From Tubulanus polymorphus (taxonomy: Eukaryota > Animalia > Nemertea): DNA of 64,000 bases. Every line of letters begins with the position of its first letter. Within the stretch, counting starts at the first letter, position 1. The notes below the pieces were generated by a model, which saw only the letters and a list, made by a program, of their open reading frames with translations, did not search any database and was not told where the DNA came from. The DNA lies in assembly GCF_964204645.1 (NCBI RefSeq), contig NC_134027.1, forward strand, positions 17,384,560-17,448,559, given 5' to 3'. Made by a program: the position numbers and the translations under genes. Positions 49,814 through 62,746 of the stretch are shown in pieces.

Positions 49814-52800
49814 TGGCCATAAGGTAATGTTTTTATACCATCATCTGAAATATGTCTTTTATCATCAAATGGATTTAAACTAGTTTTTTCAACTTCATTA
49901 ATGTACATCTCATGATCTTCTGATCTTAGACAATTCATTTTGTGTTTCATTACAATTGAGTTATATAAACACTTTATATAATCTTGAAATTCTATATGTT
50001 TATCAACCACGTGCTTTGTTATTCCTTTTAACTTTTTAGCTTCATGATCTTTTGTTCTATAACTATACATTTTACTTCTTATCCCAACAAATTCAATCAT
50101 TTCATCACCCCCTAATTCATCTTTAAACTTACCAGGAATCTTTTTATTATCATTGCTAAATAGTTCATGATCTTTGCGATAATTGCTAAAATCAAAATGA
50201 TGTTTTAATGTTTTTAAGTCTTTTGTTATGTCATTTTTCTTGATTTTTAGTATGTAGGCGTCCGTATTTTTGGCTATTAATGGAAATCCACAGTTAAATG
50301 TACCATCTTCAGTTGATAAATCATAAACATAATCTGATGGGTTATATATTTCAAATAAATCTTTAACTTATTCAGTTAAATCTTTTTCTGTGTGGCTTAG
50401 ATTAAAGCAATTTGTTTTAGATTTAATCAATCCAATATTCATATTGAAGCCTAATGAATTACATAATATATTTAACCCTGATATAGCAACTTTTCCTTTC
50501 TGTGCAAAGGTTATCTTTTTATCCTTTGTAAATTTTTTAGCACCATCTGCTGCATAGAATCCAATGAAGAACCATTTTCTTAAATTATTTTTTTCATTTA
50601 ATACATACTCTGGTACTATCTTTTCTTTAGTTGAAGTATAACTTTTCACTATTGCATGAATATAGAATTCATCATTATATTTTGTAGCAAAATTTTTAGG
50701 ATTATTTACAAATATTCTATAAACCGCGGATGATTTCATATGATCCATGATTCTAAATGTTTTATGTGAATAAACCTCTTCGCAGAATTTCTTTATTCTT
50801 TCTAATAATTTTAAGTCTTGATTGCATAAATACCAACGATATTGAGTGCGATTAACATATTTATACACACCTGCTGAACCATCACCCATGAAAAATCCTT
50901 TGATAAAATATTCTTTTTCTTCTAATGTTTCGGTTCTATGTTATAAATATTATCAATTATTTCATCAAATGACATATGATTCATTCTTTGGAAAAATCTT
51001 TTATGTAATAATTCATCTCCAATTTTTATATCAGTTGGTTTTATTTCATCGCCATTTCGTTTAATTAAACTATGATCTTCTGTAACATCTACAAACCCTA
51101 ATTTAGTTCTAACTCTATAGATTTTCTTATTTGTTTTATGTCTAATAATATACTTTAATTTTTTCCATCCATTTCTTGTCCAAACATCCATTAAATCAGT
51201 TATTTTTATTAATTCTTTTTCACCATATGAAATATAACATTCATTTTGTTTTGGAATTATTTCTGAAATTCTTCTTATCAATATTTTATCATTACATTTT
51301 AATAATATTGGGGTGTCAGCTGTTACAGAATCAAAATATAATATTTCAATATGCTTTTCCCCAAAAAGTGGTTTTAAAACATTATAATAAAAATCATACA
51401 TTAATAATTTTGATACTTCTAAAACAGTTGAACCAATGAATATAGGTTTATTAAATTTCATTGACGTTCTTTTAAATTTAACTGCTGTTAAATAATCTTC
51501 AAATCTTTTATTTCCTAAATGTCTAGGACTTGATTGTAAATGTCTTAATCTTTCAGAATTATTTACTAATTCAATATCATTTCTATTTCTAATATTTTCA
51601 CATGTTTTACCATAAAAACTATTATTCATTAATTTGAAGAAATCTTTTTCAAAATCTGTTTTTGATATGGTTCTCTGTTGAGTATTGAAATCTATATATT
51701 TTTCTAACCACTTCGATTGATTAAATTCAATATATCTTTGTACTTTCTTTAATTTCATTCCTTGTTTTAGATAAAATTTTAACATTCTATAATGAACAAT
51801 ATAATTGTATTTATTATTTTGAGTAAGTATTAATTTTTCTGTAAAAACATGATCTTTCGGTTTTATTTTCTTCTGGTATTCACTTAAATAACTATCATCT
51901 ACAGTTAAATGTTCTGGGCAATAAGGTAAGTTTCTTGTTTTAAACTTTATATTTTCAGGATATTCTAAATCAACTACAATGAAATAACCAATTGGTGCTT
52001 CATCTTTTAAACTCGCAATTGCGCTTTCCCAATCAGTTTTATCATCATTTTCAACTTCTGTTAATATAAAATTTTTGTATGGTTGAGGTTGCATCATTGC
52101 CCAGCCATATAAATTATTGGCGTCAATATATAATAATTTATATTCATCATTTGCTTTAAAATACCTATCTCCCATAACACCACTAATTCCACCTCTAATT
52201 GATTTTTCAAATAATAAAACCATATCTGGTTCTTTTAATAAATCTAATTCTACATTTGTATATTTTAAACCACATTGCCAGGTTAAACCAGGACTAGAGT
52301 AGCAATAACAAGGATCAACATTAAAATGATTCAAATTAACTTCTCTAAATTTTTCAAATATGTCAGCCAATATCATAACATCTGATTTTAAATATAAATC
52401 AACTAATTCACCATGATTTTTCATCTTAAAATGGTTCCAAATATTTAATGTTCTATTAAACACTTCATCTTTCACATACACCTCTTTTAATTGATCATAA
52501 AATTGATCTTTTAATAATTCTGTTACATTAAAATCATTGTGTGTTTTATAAAATGAATAAGGAATTACGCCTTTATATCTCAATAATTTAAAATCTTGTT
52601 CATTTGGATAATAATATCGAGTTATAACAAAATCATTATCAACTAAACTTTTTGATAAATTATCTAATGAACTTGCTAGAAATCTATAAGAATCTAAAAA
52701 TCTAATGCAACCAAATTGAAATGAAATATAATTTTCAGATGTTTTAGCTAATAGTTTAAAATCATATTTTCTTACATTTACACCATTCATAGCATTATAT

Positions 52801-54488
52801 TCTTCTATTTCTTGATTAATTGCGCCCAATTTTCCCGATAATTGTTTGATAAATAGATGGGTATCATAGCCTGATAAATTATGAAATAATATTGGCACGA
52901 AATTAACTTTCTTAGCTTGTAAATTGCAATCTTCATGAGCAGCTCCACGATATTTTGAATTTAAATGATCATGATCTCTAACTTTTTTATCAAATGAATA
53001 AAAACGTTTTTCACAATAACAACAATGAGTTGCATAATTAAAATCAATTTCATCTTCTTTTGTCATAACTATTCTTTTATTTTTGTTTAATAATTTTGCA
53101 AAATCACTTTCTAATTCAATCATTTTGTTACAAAAATCATTAACTACATCTTCACCTCTAAAAGAAATATATTGACTTTCATATAATTCAGGATAATTTG
53201 ATTTTATATAAATTCCATAAGCAGCAGCTCTTTGATGAACTTTTTTGATTGTATTTATAATTGGCGGGTCTTGTATTGTGTCTTCATTAAATTCATTTCC
53301 TTTATCCATTGATTTTAATAATTGCTTTTTGTTATATATTTCTTTTCTATCTTGCTCAGTTAATTCTTTATTCAACGATTCAAAATCCCCATAAATTACA
53401 AATGGAACAATATTTTTAAATTTATGATTAGTAAATTTCAATTTATAATCTTTTTCTGTTGGCATTATTAATTTGAAAAAATCTTTATTATCACATAATT
53501 CTTTATGTTTTAATAATGTATTCTCTGTCATAAATTTAGATAAACATTTTCTACATAGATAAATTTTATGATGATGATCACTTTCTGTTCTAAAGAATAA
53601 ATCAATTTGTTTTAACCACATATAATGTTCATTTTCATCTTTTTTGTAATATAACAAATCTATAGCATTTTCATCATCATAATATTCTGTTAAATATAAA
53701 GCTTCCAATGTATAATCTTTAATATTTTCACCTTTTGTCTTTGGTAATTGCATTAATTCAAATACATTTATTTTTAACTTATTAATTTTTTCTATTTTGG
53801 GTATCATTTTTATAGTTACTGGATATTGATCAATTTTATATAATGTTTCATATTTCCGATAATCTGTTATTCTACAAACATTTTCCTGTGTTGGATGTAA
53901 ACAACTAATAATTGACCATAGAAAACATTTATTATCTTCATTTTGAACATTTATTACTGCTATTGTTGTAAATGGTAATTTAATATAAGATGATGCTTTA
54001 ATATCCTTTTCTGTTGTAAAGTTTGAATCATTTTTAAACATTTTATTACTTTTTGATGTTTTATTCCTTTTTGTATTGTAAACATTTAAATCTAAATATA
54101 TAATTTCATTCAATGTTAAGCCAGAACCCTCAAAATATCTTTCTTCAATATGACGTTTGAATTCATTAAATATTTTTTCTAACTTCTCTTTTATTTGCGT
54201 TTTTGAAATTATTTCTTCAGAGAGTGTTTGAATATTATAATCCATTTTTTCTTCTGACTTTATAAAACTTACTTTCCCAGAGATACTAATTTTTGGATAT
54301 TCAACATCTGTTATCAAATCTAGTATTTTTTCTATTATTTCATTAAATTTACGATAATCTTCTATTGTTGTACCTTTAAAAAATCTAAATATAATAGCTG
54401 CAGGACCAATTCTACTATGTAATGTTTCTAAAATTTCAATTGTATCTTTTATTTCTAGTGAATCAATATAATTTCTAACATTTTCCAT
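49810..54488 (-). pseudogene. polB: Protein-primed family B DNA polymerase containing an intein
   Basis: YGDFES, FHNLSGYD, FLDS, YIDANNLY, KLMNNSFYGK, YFD|intein|TDA, KMY, KLKG; lesions at ~50930 and 50368. Confidence 0.95.
50266..51329 (-). mobile_element. Intein with LAGLIDADG homing endonuclease (~355 aa)
   Basis: Block A SVTADTPILL, block B VTEDH, blocks C/E GFFMGDG and GFYAADG, block F YVYDLST, block G LIAKN followed by +1 Thr. Confidence 0.93.
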
Positions 54489-54494
54489 GTAAGG

Positions 54495-54872
54495 TTAATT
54501 TGAAATGGATTTAGTTTTTGAATTTGGTTTTTTTACTTTTTGAGGTTTATCGTTAAAATAATCTTTTCCTAAAACATTATTACTCAAATTTTGGTGGTGT
54601 TTTTGTGATTCGAGATGTCTATTATAATTCCTTTTTACTATAAATTCATCACAAACTTCACATTTTATTTCATCCACATTCATATTTTCTAATCTTTCTT
54701 TTCTTTCATTGGAATTTTCTGGAGTTTCAAAATCTATTACATTTTTTATATGATTTGCAGTTTTTTCATGTCGTGTTTTATTAGATGTATCGACGTATTT
54801 TTTTACAATATGTGCAATAATATTGATTTTTATTAACATTATTGTTTCTGGCTGGTGTTCATTCTCCCCCAT
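54495..54872 (-). CDS. Zinc-finger protein, in frame with polB (possibly its N-terminus)
   Basis: CEVC...RHLESQKH; separated from the polB ATG only by TAA-CCT-TAC. Confidence 0.6.
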   Translation of the reverse strand: MGENEHQPETIMLIKINIIAHIVKKYVDTSNKTRHEKTANHIKNVIDFETPENSNERKERLENMNVDEIKCEVCDEFIVKRNYNRHLESQKHHQNLSNNVLGKDYFNDKPQKVKKPNSKTKSISN

Positions 54873-55602
54873 TTATTAGGGAAAAAAATTACTTGTGGTG
54901 ATGAGTGGTCTCTCGTCCTCTGATCTGAAAGCCCACTTTTACAATTACTAATGAAAAAGGGTTACAGCTGTGACTGATATCACTCAAAATTTCGATTCCT
55001 ATGAACACTTTTCATATAAAGAAAACTATTAACGAAACAGTTTTTAGAGGCGAAGAATCCGCGTTACCATTGAATTTTCAAAACTTGTAGGAATGGTTAA
55101 TGCCTCGGTGACCACTGGTCTAGTACGCGGTTTTCTGAAATGAAAGTGGCCAAGTCTAAAGAACAACTATTGTATCACATGATTTCAAATAACAGGAACC
55201 CAATGCGTTTAATGATTTTAATTAATTGGTATCGCGCAGATTGGTTGAAAGACGAGTGTTAGTCACCTTGTGATTTAATTGTTTTTCATGCATCGATTAA
55301 TTAATCTTATTATAACTTATTTGTAGGCGCTTCCCGCAAACATTTTCTATTCGTTGAGTTTTCAAACGCAGTACTGTTCAGATGATTCGAGTCAAGTAGT
55401 AAAAAAGTTTATGTATTAGCATTACTATGCAGTGAAAATAACGCACTGCGGTAAGTGAGGTGCTGTGATCCAGATGTGTAACCCATTTATGGGTAATAAA
55501 TTTCCATCATGTCAACGCCATTCAAAAACAGTAGCAAAACTTTCTACTGGTTTCTAGAAATAACAATACGACGACAAGCACTTTCGAATTCGACCACGAT
55601 AT

Positions 55603-56000
55603 TTGAGAAGTTTCACTTGGGCAGTGGTGGTCAGTGATAGTCAATTTATGAATTTTAATGGCGAATCCTTTCTAGTTTCACACCAAATGCGGTACCGGTA
55701 TATCGTTCTTTCAAGAAGTTTCAATTGGTCAGTGGTGGTCAGTGATGGTCAATTTATGAATTTTCAATGGCGAATCCTTTCTAGTTTCACATCAAATGCG
55801 GTACCGGTATATCGTTCTTTCAAGAAGTTTCAATTGGTCAGTGGTGGTCAGCGATGGTCAATTTATTAATTTTCAATGGCGAATCCTTTCTACTTAGACA
55901 CCATAACGCGGTATATCGTTTTCATATTCGAGAAGTTTGAATTGGTCATTGGTGGTCAGTGATGGTCAGTGATGAATTTGCAATGATGATTCCTTAGTAG
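55603..56000 (+). repeat. ~108-bp tandem repeat, about 3.5 copies
   Basis: GAAGTTT at 55607, 55715, 55824 and 55932. Confidence 0.9.
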
Positions 56001-59000
56001 TTTGAAATCAAACATTACATGATAAATTTCCGAAATTCGAAGTCAAGTGTTCAGACTCGGGGATATCTCAATTGGTCAGTTACTGACCATCATGGTGTCA
56101 CCATTGTGGTCTATAGCTCAAATGAAACATGTGGAACCGACGATGGGGCCCAAAAGCGTTAAGTCATTTCCTGGAGTGACGTGATCCAAAAATGCCCTAA
56201 CTGGCAAAGGCATTCTCTCAATTGGTTGAAACCAAATCGGACAAGACAATTACAATTTGGGAAGGTCACAGGTAGTGGTCTTTCTACGAAGCCCACGCGG
56301 TGAGCGTATTATTATGAAATCTGTTTTTAAACCACCATGTACCACGAAGTAATAAGCATCGTTGTAAGCACTTGAAACAGCCATTAACCACTTGAAACTG
56401 CCAGATCAAACATCATACCGCATCCCCGCAGAGGGGTGGTTCAGCAAACCGGAGTTTTCATTGGCCTCTCTAGACTACCCCGCCAGTACGGGTAGCCGAG
56501 CAAACCGGAAAACTCATAATGGAAAGACAAAACAAACAAGGCTTTCAATTTGTAATTAACACTCCCAAAGCATGTTTTTTTTTGTTCGCAAAAATGAATT
56601 CCTTTTCTATACACGTATTTGATCACGGCGAATCTTCGCTCGAATAGATCTTTGATATTTAGGGTGATTTTCTTTGGCCACGGTCCACCACGCCGAACAC
56701 AGGTGCCCCCGCAAAACCTATGTTTTTTTTACAATGTAGAATTCTATATGAGTTGGGAAGGGCACTCGCCTCTATTTATTCTTTAAAACTTAAGACTGGC
56801 TGTGCGCTTCACCAAGTTTCGACTTTGACATATTATTATATCTGTATACTCTGTACACATCAATCCGTAATGGATATAACAGTATAATAAAGAGTTTATT
56901 GAATTGAATTGAATTATCTCGAATGTCGTCTGAGGTCTTCCGTAAGAAAGGCCTATAGCCTCACCTCTAACCCTATCCCTAGTTGTGAAACGGAACCCTC
57001 TGGACTCTCTTCTCGCCCTCTTGACACTAACCCTATCGAAACCTTACCCTAAACCCAATATACTGATTTTATTGTTACATAATAGGCCCTATATGGATCC
57101 GGCAAAATGTTATTATATTTTATAAGTCCGTTACCGGATCTGGCTAAATAACCACTTCCTAAAAATTAATTTGGATTTGCCAGTGTTCTGAAGAATTTCG
57201 GAGGCACCCTTATTCTATTAATACAATTCAATTCAATGCCTATTTGGGCCTAAAAGCTGATCTGGCTTTTTGGTGGTCCTACGAGTCAACGTAGTCATGG
57301 CGATGAAAAAAGGAGGTAGGTTTACTTTTAGGACATGGATTGGTGGTGTTAGGGCGCCAACTGTTTGTTACTGCTGATGGCAGTCATTGCAGAGTCTTAG
57401 GCCTATATGTTTATTTTTAATTTGATAGCCGTAGTATCGATTCCGTCTCCCCATATCTATTTCATTGTGCAAATAACCAAATATTCAATCGATATGCTAC
57501 TTCACGGTTCACTGAGAACCTTAGTGTCAGTGGTATATCGCTAACGCAGTGGTTCACGCGAGCTCTTTAGTATAGGCAGTATACGGAGCTCCGCGAACCG
57601 GCCATTCTTAGGACTGGGTGAACTTCACGGAAGATTATGCGTGCACAATCGAATAGGCCCAAACCTCCTGTATTGCCGCGATGATTGCTGATTAGATTTC
57701 GATGATATCGTTCACCGAAATCAGCAAGTTTTACACATCCATGAAGTGTTCAAGGAAAACCTTACAGATGCATCAATCAGATGGCGCCTATACATTACAA
57801 AGATAACATTCTGCGCCCGAGATATTAAGATCCGTGGATCTCTTGTTTCAACTCGTCTTACTTGTCTCTTGTTAACAGTTCCAGAGTTTCAATTACAATC
57901 AAATTCAAATTGGCTGAAAAGTACATAGGACTTAATGAAATGAACTGTTAGTCACTGCAAACCTATTGTTATTATTGTGTTATGTCAATCGTGTTGAATC
58001 ACTTTGCTTGAGTTGAAAGAATCAGATTTTCTATGGTTCAACATCGGTCGAAGAGAGATATCTTTGGGTTGACTGTCCTTGACCATTTAACTTCATGTGT
58101 TTATTGTACATTGGAATCAGCATCATACCCATTTGAACTGCAAAATATTCATACAACATGAAAACCTACAGAACATGTATACAGTTATCAAACTTTCACC
58201 GATGTTGGATATTTGAATGAACGTAAGGCTTATTTCAGAATTCTAAAGCAGGAAATAATAAGCCCAATCAGAAGGCCCTATTCCCATTGGTACAATTGTA
58301 TAATGCGTAAAGCTGTACCGTACACTTATAAGTCAAGATTGGAGAAATCGGTATACCAAACCTACGTAGGCCTACAGCAAAATGTACAGGCCTACAATGA
58401 TTTCTGGTATACAAGCCGTTACCACATGAACGTTTTGGTTCTAGGTTTGACTATTAATGTCAGCAGGCCAGAGAAGGAGAGAAGGTCAAAGAATTTAATT
58501 GCATGGCTCAAATCAATAAGCCTTTCTGCGTGTGAATACTTCACTGTAGGCCTATTGTTTTAAAAATAGGCCTATCGAGTGAATTGGTGCATAGACTGAA
58601 TTAGACTTTCGGCTAGTCCTGACCGAATCCTATCCATGTTATAATGGCACCAGTTATAGTAACATCACTGGAGGGCCGACGAGAGGGAAAAAGTTGTGTT
58701 TGTAGTTCATAGGCATGGTAGGCCTATCGTACTCACTTAATACTTAAGACACTGTTGTTACCTGTACGCAGAGATGCTAGTTTTCCGGAAATATCCGGAA
58801 TTCCGGAAATTTAGGATCGCCGATGTCAATTCCGGAAATTGGGTGAGAATTCCTCGCGGTGACCAGTAATGGCACGGACCGAAAAAGCGTTCGTTTGCTT
58901 GTACTCGTCGTCGCTTCTGTGTTATTTTATCTTGGTCTCTGTTTCCGAGGACGTTCTGCTACAATGTATATAATATATATATTATGTGTGCTTGTTGTGG

Positions 59001-59239
59001 TATCTATGCGTGCGTAGGCGGAGCGCCACTGTTGTGAAGCCATTTCCAATCAATAAACTTTACGTGCCGTTGTACATCGTCCCGCTGACGGCCAACAATG
59101 TGAAGATGCACGTGGTAATAATTAAGATGATATTTAATAAATATCATCTTAATTATTACCACGTGCGTGCTATGTCCTGAGGCACGCAGCTTTGTAACTT
59201 TCTTTTTGCCTGCAGCTGTCAAGCGGGACGGTCGGCAAA

Positions 59240-61764
59240 ATGAGCACACACGGAAAGATTGTCAGTCGGGAGTCGGCCGATATAAAGGCAATTGACAGCG
59301 GTATAAAAAATAGATTTAACTGGCACTGGCTAGAGTGTAAGGACAGTAACGGGGACTACTTATCGAACTACATTCGTAAGTTAGACTTAGCTGGCGTGGC
59401 GTACTGCGTCCTTTGTAAAGACCAGGTCAAATACGGTAGTGGCGGGAAAAAAGATATTCTTCGTCACCCGGATAGCGCGCGGCATAAGAAGGCAGCGAGG
59501 GATGTGAAGCACAACGAATGCCTCCCGTCGTATTTTCAGATGAAAGATGCCGATCGTGATACTGCCGCTAGTACATCGACACAAGGAAAAGTATCCGTCC
59601 CGTATGGAGCTGCTCCGAATATTGAAAATGTAGTAACAGTTACCGAGACAGCTAAACGGCCAGTCAGCCTGATTGACAGAGTTTCGAATGCACAGGCAAT
59701 GACTGTTTCATTCCTGGCTGAACACTCATTACCATTTTCGATGGCACCGCAGTTGATCAGTTTTGCAAAAGAGCTATCGCGGGATGTGAAAGTACTTAGT
59801 CAAATTTCAATGAGCCGGGCCGCAGCTACTTACAAGTTAAAAGAAGGCCTTTACCCTGTCGTGCAGAAACGTATACTTGCGGATATGAAGAAATACCCGT
59901 TTTCAATAAATCCAGACGAGTGCACTGCGACGAATCACGAGCGGATTATAAGTATAATGTCGTCATATTTCTCTGATGATTTGGAAAAGTGTGTGGTTCA
60001 ACACTACGCATCTGTACGAATGACAACCGTTAATGCATCAACTGTAGGCCTACTTGCTGCGGTCATGAATTGATGCGGATGCCATTCCACTTACAAATGT
60101 AATTTCATCATTGTCGGATTCCACAAATTACATGCATGGAAAAATATCTGGCTTTGAAACGAGACTGCGTCAAAAGGCACCGCACCTTTTGGATATTGAC
60201 GGCGACGTGTGCCACCACGTGCACAACGGTGTCAAGAGATTTTGCAGCCACTTCGATAGTTTTTTAGAAAAACTTGACGATGATCTACACACCGACTTCA
60301 AGTATTCGCCGGATCTCCGTGAAGTGTTGTCCGAAATTTGCGAAATCCTGAATGTGGCATATGTCACCCCGAGTGAGAGAATATCGCACCGCTGGCTCTC
60401 TTCGTACGATGTCACAGTGAAAAATCTGGAGTTGTTCAGCAGTCTAACAGTCTTCTATTATGCATGGCTGAAAAAAGATGATGAGGTGCTCTACCAAGAC
60501 CGCGTTGTTGATATCCTGAAGTCTCTACCGGAGAATGCAAGAAAACGTGTATATCAACTGATAGGGCAGATACAGAAGAAATCACTGACAAATGACGGCC
60601 GGCATCGCAAGGAAAGAATTGTTGAAAAACTGTTTTTCAAAAGATGCGAGACGCTGATTCACATGTATTAATATGCGAGAGTTTTGCCACTTTTCAAGGC
60701 TTTTGTCCTGATGTTCGAGTCCAATGAACCGAAAATCCACAAGCTTCACGATGAGCAATTTGATTTGATGCGACACTTTCTCTGCTGTGTTGTAAAAGCA
60801 GAGTTCATTGCTGACCTATCGGCGAGAAAACTGTCAAGATTCGATGTCAATGATGTGAGAAAACACCAGCCCGTTGAAGATATATATGTTGGAGCCGAAG
60901 CTAAGAAGCTGTTGTCGACTTGGGACAAGAAGATGAGCAAACAATACTTGACTAAAGTAAAGGATGCGTACATTGATTCAGCGAACTACATGCTTGGCAA
61001 GATACCGCTAGACAACACACTTTTGCGTTGCTTTTCAGCGTTAGACCCTACCGCACTAGGGCACAGTGAAACGGCAAAGGCATTGACAAAACTACTGGAG
61101 TATTTTCCAACCATTATCGATGCTAATGACCACGAGCAGATCGATTGCTACTCCAACGAGGTGGCAAAACTCCAATTTGACCGCACCCTGCCTGCAGCTG
61201 AGGAGAATACACGCCTGGACATATGGTGGGCAGCAGTGTTTCGACAAATACCCAGTCTTGTCCAAGATCGTTAAGGCTTGCTTAAACATATTTACTGGAC
61301 CGCGGGTAGAACAATCATTGTCTATCATGAATGAAGTCATTGACAAACGGGCAAACAGAATGCATACCAGCACATTCTCTGCCATCCAGACCATCAAGTA
61401 TGATCTTAAGTCAATGGAAACTGATTCGGTGAAACGGTACCACCGTGGCGACGTGAAGACCACACCAGTGGACACTACGTTAGTTTATCATATGCAGACC
61501 GCGTGGTCCAGGTATTCAAAGAAACTGGAGTCAAAAAGCGAGAATAAAAAGGCTGAGAAACGAAAACTTGGTATCGATGTCTCTAGAGAAGTGGAACAGA
61601 GGGAATTAATTCGTCCCAGGGGAATTAATTCGTCCCAAGCGTCGAGGGGAAATCCCACACGTAGACAGCCACAGTCTCGTCGACAGACCATTCATGAGGT
61701 TGCGAAAGCAGTACGCAAGCGTATTATGTCAAATGCTCGCAGGAGCACCAAAAATGCAAAGTAA
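59240..61764 (+). pseudogene. hAT transposase with several stops/frameshifts
   Basis: BED-like CVLC...H....H, PDECT, SDST, CHHVH, HRWLS, WW and VEQSLS motifs. Confidence 0.88.
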
Positions 61765-62247
61765 CTTTTAGTTCATAAACTTCAGTTGTAAATGCGTTAA
61801 TTTTTAGACGTTAGACTCATTCGCATTTTGTTAGTCGGATTACGGTAATGAACGAACTCTCACGGCGTGCGGTTGTGCACGTGGGCGTGTGTTTCTACTA
61901 TGAATCAGTTCAGAAGTTAGTTTTTTTTGTTTGCGTTGCTGCTAAGTTGTGCATATCGTTTTTGTTGGATTTATCAGTGCCTGGATTTACTGTTTATTGT
62001 GAATATGTTGCATAGACCGGCCACACACAGACTCAGCTTTAACATTGAAGTTGAGCGCGAGTTTCGTTTTATAGTTTGTATGCACTTTGGATGGACAGCA
62101 TATTATGGCGCTAGTTGTGAATCAGATGTGCGATTATCAGTGTCGGATTACCTGATTGCTGTTTTCAACGTAATATACACAATATGTTCCCGGTAATTAC
62201 TAAAAATCTCAACCATTTAACCATGCTTTTAGACCACCCAGATCGCT

Positions 62248-62746
62248 GTCTGTCACACCTTCTCTCCGTGCGACGTTTTGGTCCTTAATTTCGTTAATAA
62301 TCGGTTTATCTACCTTTATTACTTATCAATTTGTTCAGTGAAGAATTTGCATTCATGAATAAACAACAATTTTCACTAAAGTTGTTTTTGCTTTCATTTA
62401 TCAGCGATAGTTTACTCAGCATACGCGCGCGTAATGCTGAAATATCAGCTCCGCTTCTCGGAAACGTTACAGTGATGCATCACCTGCTCATTAGCATATC
62501 AAAATACAGTAGGTGGCGCTACGTGACGGGCCATAAAAGCCGTTTTTCAGCATTACGCGAGCGTATGCTAGGTAGGTAAACTATCGCTGATAGATGAAAA
62601 CACAAACAAATTTATGCCAGTTCATGATTTATTTCTGAATGCAAATTCCTTACTGAACAAATTGATGCATAATATTTACAGATTAAGCGATTACTAACGA
62701 AATTACGGATCAAAACGTCGCACTAAGAGCAGGTGTAACAGTAGAA
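62248..62746. mobile_element. Probable MITE nested in the hAT 3' region
   Basis: Imperfect ~200-bp inverted arms (GTGCGACGTTTTG / CAAAACGTCGCAC; CGCGTAATGCTGAAA / TTTCAGCATTACGCG). Confidence 0.65.

Larger units (their letters stand above)
39325..54949 (-). mobile_element. Full-length AT-rich Polinton-like endogenous virus (copy D, 15.6 kb), defective
   Basis: TIRs AGTAATTG.AAAAGTGGGCTT.CAGATCAGAGGACGAGA; 6-bp TSD AATGAA (39319-39324, 54950-54955); pPolB, INT, ATPase, MCP, penton. Confidence 0.95.

Noticed and set aside
39325-54949. Copy D as an intact active virus whose lesions are only sequencing errors
   Set aside because: Besides A-run indels it has nonsense substitutions (46162-46596, 50368) and a ~0.9-kb internal deletion at ~45828
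55603-56000. CRISPR-like array
   Set aside because: Units are similar along their whole length with no unique spacers; eukaryotic context; no cas genes
35300-56100. CTGACCA arrays near 35.4 kb and TGGTCAG arrays near 55.6-56.1 kb as ends of one large element around copy D
   Set aside because: Only short motif similarity; no TIR or TSD could be defined
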